From the NCBI GenBank assembly GCA_034658935.1, contig JAYEGE010000002.1, positions 1-51,162 of the forward strand: a DNA stretch of 51,162 bases, read 5' to 3'. Numbering within the stretch: position 1 is the first letter of the stretch; every line of letters begins with the position of its first letter. The translations under genes and the position numbers were made by a program. Below the pieces are notes generated by a model. The model was not told the DNA's origin. It worked only from the letters and a program-made list of their open reading frames with translations, and searched no databases. Below, piece by piece: positions 44,634 through 51,162 of the stretch. This stretch comes from Patescibacteria group bacterium (GTDB lineage Bacteria; Patescibacteriota; Minisyncoccia; Phycocordibacterales; JACOZG01).

Positions 44634-47615
44634 TCAAAGCGCCACGAAGTTGATAAGTCGGCCAGGTACATAAACCACCTTCTTGACCTCCTTGTCTTCC
44701 AACCACTTGTCAATCTTCTGACTCCTCAGGGCTAGCTCCTTGGCCCCCACCTCATCAATGTCTTGTTGAGCCTCGACACTGTCTCTGACCACCCCGTTGA
44801 CCTGGATAACCAGGGTAAAACTATCGCTTACCAGATATTGAGGATCAGCTTCCGGCCAAGGGGCAAGATGGATGGAATCGGTATGTCCCAACTGATTCCA
44901 TAGCTCTTCAGTGATATGTGGAGCTAGAGGGGCTAAAAGTTTCAGGAAGATCTCCCAACTAGCTTGATCAATCTTCTCTACCTTTTCCATAACTCCAACC
45001 AGAATCATCAAAGCTGAAACTGCAGTATTAAAACGCATGGCCTCAATATCTTCAGTGACTTTTTTTATGGTTCCGTAAAGCTGGTGCAAAACAGTCAGCG
45101 GCGGAGTCGACTCAAGAGAATTCTCGTCGGTATCGGAGCCCTTTAGGGTAAAGCCGCGAGAATTCTCTTGGGTCGACGGAGCCTGAATCCCCGATCCCAA
45201 TCTCCACACCTTCTCCAAAAACCTCCTCGGCCCAACAATCCCGTCAGTACTCCAAACAACCGACTGGTCAAAGGGCCCGATAAACATCTCGTAAAGCCGT
45301 AAAGTGTCAGCCCCAAACTTCTCAACAATAGAATCAGGGTTAATCACATTGCCCTTGGACTTGCTCATCTTCTCGCCGCCCTCGGCTAAAATCATCCCGT
45401 GCGAGGTCCGCTTGGCGTAAGGCTCATCGGCCAACACCACTCCAATATCAAAAAGAAACTTGTGCCAGAAACGCGAGTACAGTAAGTGGAGAGTGGTATG
45501 CTCCATCCCACCGTTATACCAATCTATGGGAGTCCAATATTTTAATTTATCTGGTGAAGCAAGTTCCTTGCTATTATGCGGATCACAATAACGCAGATAA
45601 TACCAAGACGAGCCAGCCCAATTAGGCATCACGTCGGTTTCCCGCCGCGCCGCGCCACCACATTGTGGACAGGTAGTATTGACCCACTCCTCAATATTGG
45701 CCAGCGGCGACTCCCCAGTATCTGTAGGCTCATATTTATCAACCTTAGGTAACTCCACCGGCAATTGATCTTCAGGCACCGCAAACCAACCAGGATTTGT
45801 TTTCTCTCCCTCATTCTTGAATCCTGAATCTTGCTTCTTAAATCTTTCCGCGCAGTCTTTGCAAAAAACAAGCGGAATCGGCTCCCCCCAATATCTCTGC
45901 CGACTAAAGATCCAATCACGGAGTTTGTAAGTAGTCTTCATCTCTCCACCAACAAACTTAGTAATTTCCTCCTTCGCCTCTTCTGAATCTAAACCGTCGA
46001 ATTGACCGGAGTTTATTAGTTCTCCTTCATCTATGTATGCCTGTTCAGGGCCAAGAAAACGCCTGACGCCAATCACGTTGTGAGAATGAGTAACCTGGTT
46101 TAATAACTCATCACCGCTAATCCAAATCGGTTCGAGTTTGTCTTGTTCTTCTGCCGAACGAGCCTCTGGTTCGTCTACTACTAATTCTAAAAGTACAGGT
46201 TGATCTAAACGATGCCGCCAAACATCTTTGTTCTCGGCAAAAAAATGCATCACCACCTCTCCGCCTAGTTTCTTGATCGGCTTAACTTGATAACCAGTTT
46301 CTTCAAGTACTTCTCTGGTTGCCGCCTCTTCTGACGTTTCCCCGTCATCGATACCGCCAATTGGTAAAGACAACCAGCCAAATTTTTTCCACTTAACAGC
46401 GAGAAACTTACCGTCACTAGGTCGCCGAACTATCGCCGTAATCGTGCGTCTAAATTCTGCTCCTTTATGCGGCTCACCAAAAACTGGCCGAATTACCTCC
46501 TTGATCGGCAAATCGTATTTCTTAGCAAACTCAAAATCGCGCTCGTCATGAGCTGGTACAGCCATCACCGCGCCAGTACCGTAATGGGGCAATACATAAT
46601 CAGCAACAAAGATGGGAACCTGCTCCTGGTTAGCAGGGTTGATCGCGTAAAAGCCTTCCAATTTAACACCGGTTTTCTCCCTGTCCTCGGCAGTCCGTTC
46701 AATGTCTGTCTTCTTTTTGACTTCCTCGAGGTATTTCTTCACCTCGTCAAAATTGGTAATGCCCCCCTCTCCCTCTGGTCTAGGCGCGGATTCGTATTCT
46801 CGGATGAGAGCATGTTCCGGGGCAACGGCCACGTAAGTTGCACCAAATAAGGTGTCTGGCCTAGTAGTAAAAACCTCGATTTCCTTTTTTGATATTCCTT
46901 TGGACTTTGAACCTTGGACTTTGAACTTCATTGTCGCGCCTTGGCTGGGCCCAATCCAATTACGTTGCTGAGTTTTAGCCCGCTCGATATAATCCACCTT
47001 TTCTAAATCATCATAGAGTCGCTGGGCATACTTAGTGATCCGCAAGAGCCATTGTTCCTTCTCTTTCTTCTCCACCTCGCCCCCACAACGTTCACATCGG
47101 CTGTCCACCACCTCCTCATTAGCCAAACCAATTTTACAGCTGGGACACCAATTGATTGTAGTTTTCTCTTTATAGGCCAGCCCCTTCTTAAACATCTGGA
47201 GGAAAATCCATTGAGTCCATTTATAATAGGCCGGGTCAGTAGTATTAACTTCCCGTGACCAATCGAAGGAGAGGCCGAGCGATTTCAATTGCTGGCGATA
47301 ATTAGCGGCATTCTCCGCAGTAATTTCCTGAGGGTCTCGGCCAACCTTAATGGCATAATTCTCAGCCGGTAAACCGAAAGCGTCCCAACCCATGGGGTAA
47401 AGAACGTTGCGGCCCTCCATCCTTAATTTACGAGCAACAATGTCCATGGCGGTGTAGCTCCGAACATGACCGGTATGTAACCCCTCACCAGATGGGTAAG
47501 GGAATTCGACTAGAGTGTAATACTTTTTACCCTCGTCCTTGGTCTGGTAGATACCGGACTCTTCCCATTTGCGTTGCCAACGATTTTCGATTTCTTTATG
47601 GTCGTAATCTTTCAT
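44634..47615 (-). CDS. leuS: Leucine--tRNA ligase with an inserted Nudix domain and a palindrome-derived insert
   Basis: FPYPSGEGLHTGH, GWDAFGLPAEN, FTTRPDTLFG, GTGAVMAVPAHD, KMSKSKGN. Confidence 0.97.
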   Translation of the reverse strand: MKDYDHKEIENRWQRKWEESGIYQTKDEGKKYYTLVEFPYPSGEGLHTGHVRSYTAMDIVARKLRMEGRNVLYPMGWDAFGLPAENYAIKVGRDPQEITAENAANYRQQLKSLGLSFDWSREVNTTDPAYYKWTQWIFLQMFKKGLAYKEKTTINWCPSCKIGLANEEVVDSRCERCGGEVEKKEKEQWLLRITKYAQRLYDDLEKVDYIERAKTQQRNWIGPSQGATMKFKVQGSKSKGISKKEIEVFTTRPDTLFGATYVAVAPEHALIREYESAPRPEGEGGITNFDEVKKYLEEVKKKTDIERTAEDREKTGVKLEGFYAINPANQEQVPIFVADYVLPHYGTGAVMAVPAHDERDFEFAKKYDLPIKEVIRPVFGEPHKGAEFRRTITAIVRRPSDGKFLAVKWKKFGWLSLPIGGIDDGETSEEAATREVLEETGYQVKPIKKLGGEVVMHFFAENKDVWRHRLDQPVLLELVVDEPEARSAEEQDKLEPIWISGDELLNQVTHSHNVIGVRRFLGPEQAYIDEGELINSGQFDGLDSEEAKEEITKFVGGEMKTTYKLRDWIFSRQRYWGEPIPLVFCKDCAERFKKQDSGFKNEGEKTNPGWFAVPEDQLPVELPKVDKYEPTDTGESPLANIEEWVNTTCPQCGGAARRETDVMPNWAGSSWYYLRYCDPHNSKELASPDKLKYWTPIDWYNGGMEHTTLHLLYSRFWHKFLFDIGVVLADEPYAKRTSHGMILAEGGEKMSKSKGNVINPDSIVEKFGADTLRLYEMFIGPFDQSVVWSTDGIVGPRRFLEKVWRLGSGIQAPSTQENSRGFTLKGSDTDENSLESTPPLTVLHQLYGTIKKVTEDIEAMRFNTAVSALMILVGVMEKVEKIDQASWEIFLKLLAPLAPHITEELWNQLGHTDSIHLAPWPEADPQYLVSDSFTLVIQVNGVVRDSVEAQQDIDEVGAKELALRSQKIDKWLEDKEVKKVVYVPGRLINFVAL
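45106..45177. repeat. Long inverted repeat inside leuS
   Basis: 21-nt arms gtcgactcaagagaattctcg / cgagaattctcttgggtcgac (20/21), 30-nt spacer. Confidence 0.9.
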
Positions 47616-47704
47616 GAAATGAAGTCGCCCGCCGGAGAGGCGGTTTGACTCTTATGATATTAAGTATAGCAATTTTAGAGCAATAACCAACCCTTGACGG
47701 GCGA

Positions 47705-48673
47705 TCAATCGCTCTTCTTGGTGCCTCCACCCCCACCTCCACTACTGGCGCCGTAGCTAGCGGCGCCCGATTCAATATTAGGTAATTTCACACCAGCTCC
47801 GCCGACACCACCACCTGCCCCTGCTGGCCCAGAGCCTTCAGTCACTTGGTAGATAGTCGGTAATTCTAACTCTTCAACGATAGTCTGATGCTCTTCCAAA
47901 ACTTCCTTCAGGCCACTTAGAGCCTCGGCCTTCTCTATTTCCATTTTCGTCATGGGCATGTCTCCAGAGACACCACCACTACCCCCAGCTTCTGTTTGAA
48001 TTTCAGTTTTAGGCTCAATCGTCACAGATGGAGCAGTGACATCATCTAGCGTGGAAAAAACCTTCATTGAACCAGCTTCCCTATTATCAACCGGCTTGGT
48101 GTCGCCCAACTCAGAAACTGCAGTGGGAATAGTATCGTCAGACTCGGAGACTGGAGTCAAAACAGCAACAGGAGCAGAAACGGCGGCAATCGGCTCAGCC
48201 CGGTTGATAACTGCAACCTGTTTGGCTACCTGAATTTTAATTTGTTCTTTCAAAATCGGGCTTAGCCTTTCTTGCGAGGCCAGTTTTTCTGCTTCCTCCA
48301 AGCGCCTCTTCACCAACTTAACTTCCACCTCAGACACAGGGCTCCCTAGGGCCGGCGCGGTTAGGCGAACTATCCCCTCATTAAAACTGAGCTTCATTGG
48401 GTAGAGCCTATCGCCCGGCAGAGATTGCTCGGCAAAAGCGGAGAGGCTTCCAGTACCAATTATCAAAACAAGAGCTATGGCCCAGGCCACACGTTGCCAA
48501 GCAAAATATTGCCAAGGCCAAGAAGGTCCACTTGCCTGTGGAGCAAGGACTTCGGTCGAAGCTGGCATTTTAGAAATATCAGCCACAAGCTCTGCGCACA
48601 ATTGCTTGCGCTCCCCACTGCTTAGGTGAGTTTGTTTTAAGACCTCAATTAATTTTTTGCTTTTTTCATCCAT
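47705..48673 (-). CDS. Putative anti-sigma factor (TM + DUF5667-like + low-complexity tail)
   Basis: One TM, AEQSLPGDRLYPMK, RRLEEA; directly follows the ECF sigma gene. Confidence 0.78.
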   Translation of the reverse strand: MDEKSKKLIEVLKQTHLSSGERKQLCAELVADISKMPASTEVLAPQASGPSWPWQYFAWQRVAWAIALVLIIGTGSLSAFAEQSLPGDRLYPMKLSFNEGIVRLTAPALGSPVSEVEVKLVKRRLEEAEKLASQERLSPILKEQIKIQVAKQVAVINRAEPIAAVSAPVAVLTPVSESDDTIPTAVSELGDTKPVDNREAGSMKVFSTLDDVTAPSVTIEPKTEIQTEAGGSGGVSGDMPMTKMEIEKAEALSGLKEVLEEHQTIVEELELPTIYQVTEGSGPAGAGGGVGGAGVKLPNIESGAASYGASSGGGGGGTKKSD

Positions 48674-48675
48674 AA

Positions 48676-49170
48676 TTATGTTATCAGTTTGCGCAGGCGC
48701 CCCAAGGCTCGGTGAATCCTAACTGAAATATTATTTTCTTTCTCCCCCTTGAGGGCGGCGATATCTTTAGGCGACATATCTTCCACAAACCTCAAGGTGA
48801 TCAGCTCTTGGTCTTCTTCCTTCAGGCGACTCAGATTCTGCAGAGCCCAAGAGATCTCAGCCTTGTCTTCGGTGGATTCTCGCTCCGCCACCGGGTCGAA
48901 GCCCTTTTCTAGTAGGTCATCAAGGGACTCCGACTTGCGTTGCCTATACCAATCAATAATCAGGTTATTGGCGATCCGGTATAGCAGGGCCCGCTCGTTC
49001 TCTATATCTCGCCCCTCACGCCAATAGGTCCAGGCACGGAGAAAAGTCTGCTGAGTTAGGTCCTTGGCCAGTTCCCGATCACTTGTCTTGAAGAAGCAAC
49101 GACGAAAAATGGCGTCAGCGTACGCCTCATAAGCTTTCAAAAATTCTGCCTCCTTGGGCTTGCCTGCCAT
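48676..49170 (-). CDS. ECF RNA polymerase sigma factor
   Basis: AKDLTQQTFLRAW, LYRIANNLIIDWYR, LRFVEDMSPKDIA...RIHRAL. Confidence 0.94.
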   Translation of the reverse strand: MAGKPKEAEFLKAYEAYADAIFRRCFFKTSDRELAKDLTQQTFLRAWTYWREGRDIENERALLYRIANNLIIDWYRQRKSESLDDLLEKGFDPVAERESTEDKAEISWALQNLSRLKEEDQELITLRFVEDMSPKDIAALKGEKENNISVRIHRALGRLRKLIT

Positions 49171-49306
49171 ATATAATAACGTTGAAACTAAGCTTCCCTT
49201 ACTGCCATTATCTCACCTCCCGGCAACATTGACAAGTGTGGACAAAAATGATAGATAAAGGCTAGTTTGGTCCTTGTCAGGACTGGTATCAAAAACAATT
49301 CTAGGG

Positions 49307-49340
49307 CCAGTTCCAGGCTGGTTTACCAGCCTGGAACTGG
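49307..49340 (+). promoter_or_regulatory. Perfect 15-bp leader hairpin abutting the SD
   Basis: ccagttccaggctgg-ttta-ccagcctggaactgg then agaaagggag. Confidence 0.7.
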
Positions 49341-49356
49341 AGAAAGGGAGACCATC

Positions 49357-50766
49357 ATGGCCAAGAAAAAGGTGGCGAGAAAACCTGCTGCCAAGAAAAA
49401 GGTGAGGGCGGCAAAAAAGCAACCGACACCTGAACTAGAACTTCAGATCCGCGGTGGTGAGAGTCAAGACGCCAATCTGCGGGTGGGTTGGCGATTGAGC
49501 CCAAAGATGCTCGAAAAAATCGCCCAGCTAGAAGCGGCCAATTCACCTGGCTGTTTCGCAATTCTCGTCACTGCCGGAAAGGAGGGCCGGGGGCACGAAA
49601 CAGAGGAGAGGCAAATTGTCCCCTTGGACAGAGGCGGTAACCTTTTTCCCTTCCACCGCCCTGGGCGCCACCATCTCCACATCTTTTTGCTCTTCTGCGC
49701 GGGCGGCACCCATACGATGGGCCAGATCCTCCTGAACAAGGGATACTCTGACCGCTATGAGCTCGAGCTATTCCAACGAAACGGAGAGCCTTGGGCCCCA
49801 ATTAACATAGACCAGCTCGGAGATCGCTGCGGCCACAATACTGTATCGATAGTCGGCCACGACAGGGGGAAGGTGGAGATAGACCCGGCTTTCTTTGCCC
49901 CTACACCCAATCCTCTCGTAGCGAGCTGGGTTAACTGGCTTCACGAAAACTGGCTACGCGACGAGTGCCACTACCGCAGACGAGCGGCCCTCGCCTTCAC
50001 CCTCAAGCCGTTCCTCCTCTTGGGCTACATACCATACCGAGTAGTACGGGGAGCAATCGTGGCGAGTGCGGTAATCATGACTCGACTGGTTGGCCTGATC
50101 TACTCCCTACTTTGTGGATACCACATCGAAGGGTCCATTCTTCTCTCTTATGAAGCGGCCATAGAGGCAATTGAGGGAAGAACAATGGACGATGCGCTTG
50201 GGGAAGTCTTCCGGAGGGTCTACCTGCCCAGATCAGCGTACTACGATTTAAGCTACGAACCCCGATCCTGCTTCAAACACAAAAAGGACGGGACAGAGAG
50301 GCCCCGACATTGGAGCTTGCTGAGACCAACGACTCTCTTTTGGGTGGCCTTCACCTCCACCTGCCTCTACCTAATGAATGCCGGAGGCAGCACTTCTTTC
50401 TCTGGCTGGACAATGGGCGCAGTATTGATCTACCTATGCTTGGTTGGGGCGGGCCTCGGTATCTTTTCCTTGGTCCAAGGCATTCAAAAAGGCTGCCTTT
50501 CCTCTTTGGATGCTGACGAGCTCGCCAGGAGGCAAGCAGAGCGCGCGGCCCAGCGCGAAATGGCACGGGCTGAATTAGCAGTACTCAAGAAGAAAGAGCG
50601 CGAAGCCCGCGCCGCGTTGCAGCTAGCAAAGGTGACCCAGAGACAACGGGAGGCTCACCGGCATCTCGTCCAAGGCTCTTCCGAGTCTCCATCAGGATTT
50701 CACGGCGTCGTACTCTGGTGCCAAAACTTCAAGGCAAGGGTATGCAGACCCTTCGCCAGACCCTAA
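49357..50766 (+). CDS. Hypothetical multi-TM protein with Lys/Ala-rich N-tail and C-terminal coiled coil
   Basis: SD AAAGGGAG, ATG 49357, MAKKKVARKPAAKKKVRAAKK, several hydrophobic helices. Confidence 0.78.
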   Translation: MAKKKVARKPAAKKKVRAAKKQPTPELELQIRGGESQDANLRVGWRLSPKMLEKIAQLEAANSPGCFAILVTAGKEGRGHETEERQIVPLDRGGNLFPFHRPGRHHLHIFLLFCAGGTHTMGQILLNKGYSDRYELELFQRNGEPWAPINIDQLGDRCGHNTVSIVGHDRGKVEIDPAFFAPTPNPLVASWVNWLHENWLRDECHYRRRAALAFTLKPFLLLGYIPYRVVRGAIVASAVIMTRLVGLIYSLLCGYHIEGSILLSYEAAIEAIEGRTMDDALGEVFRRVYLPRSAYYDLSYEPRSCFKHKKDGTERPRHWSLLRPTTLFWVAFTSTCLYLMNAGGSTSFSGWTMGAVLIYLCLVGAGLGIFSLVQGIQKGCLSSLDADELARRQAERAAQREMARAELAVLKKKEREARAALQLAKVTQRQREAHRHLVQGSSESPSGFHGVVLWCQNFKARVCRPFARP

Positions 50767-50788
50767 ATGACCCCGAGTCCTTACATTC

Positions 50789-50826
50789 GCCCCCCCCGTT
50801 GCCAAGCGACGGGGGGCTCTTTTTTT
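50789..50826 (+). terminator. Intrinsic terminator
   Basis: gcccccccgt...acggggggc plus T run. Confidence 0.75.
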
Positions 50827-50944
50827 CTCAAAACTTAAGGTGGGGAAATCTATTGCTTTGGTTTTCTCTACTATGTTAGAATGAACACGACAGAAGCCGA
50901 GTGTTTCTGGTCATAGATTATTAGCTTTCACGAAAACAAACTCT

Positions 50945-51097
50945 ATGGACGAGCCAACAACTCCGCCAATGGGGGGCGACCAGCCAACTCCGGCTTCAGA
51001 TACCCCAATGACTCCACCAGCAACAGAGCCAACTCCGGCTCCTGAAGGTGGCGACACACCAGCCAGCCCTATGGGTGGCGACACACCTGCACTATAA
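50945..51097 (+). CDS. 50-aa acidic Pro/Thr/Gly-rich disordered small protein; not in the ORF track
   Basis: MDEPTTPPMGGDQPTPASDTPMTPPATEPTPAPEGGDTPASPMGGDTPAL*, terminator immediately after. Confidence 0.65.
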   Translation: MDEPTTPPMGGDQPTPASDTPMTPPATEPTPAPEGGDTPASPMGGDTPAL

Positions 51098-51110
51098 TTG
51101 CAGGTCTTCA

Positions 51111-51141
51111 AAAAACACCCTCGCCCAGCGAGGGTGTTTTT
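51111..51141. terminator. Bidirectional terminator
   Basis: aaaaacaccctcgc-cca-gcgagggtgttttt. Confidence 0.8.
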
Positions 51142-51162
51142 GTATCCAACACTCAATACTTG

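Noticed and set aside
811-48625. The many antisense and alternate-frame ORFs overlapping identified genes
   Set aside because: They lie within well-supported CDSs and show no motifs or initiation signals
50911-51156. Minus-strand 81-aa ORF
   Set aside because: Antisense shadow of the + strand Pro-rich ORF; it crosses the terminator

Overview
Bacterial chromosome segment using genetic code 11. Gene content suggests a Patescibacteria/CPR (Parcubacteria-like) genome (inference): compact aspS/thrS/alaS, an FtsA-like + baseplate-J-like pair, an ECF sigma + DUF5667-like pair, and few SD sites on core genes. Core genes: aspS, trpS, thrS, alaS, leuS, mnmA, mltG, grpE-dnaK-dnaJ and infA-rpmJ-rpsM-rpsK-rpsD-rpoA-rplQ-rplM-rpsI. 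The main accessory locus (~5.9-17 kb) has a 24-aa Gly/Ser-rich micro-peptide, a C39-like peptidase, an MIO ammonia-lyase (FjTAL-like), a PaaK-like ligase, an Rv1355c-like ThiF enzyme and an Acg-like nitroreductase. These sit next to a TrmB-like regulator, an IS30 remnant and an orphan 7TM histidine kinase operon; together they may be an aryl-acyl signal or peptide-modification system with its own sensor. Other notable items: a palindromic repeat family inserted in frame twice in mnmA; a different long palindrome and a Nudix domain inside leuS; a ~335-nt promoter- and terminator-bounded structured RNA upstream of alaS; a frameshifted outer-membrane-type beta-barrel gene; SD-led solitary gene cassettes (one empty, several broken); and an AT-rich single-chain restriction-modification gene. 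No rRNA, tRNA or CRISPR array was recognised. All family calls come from motif recognition without database searches.
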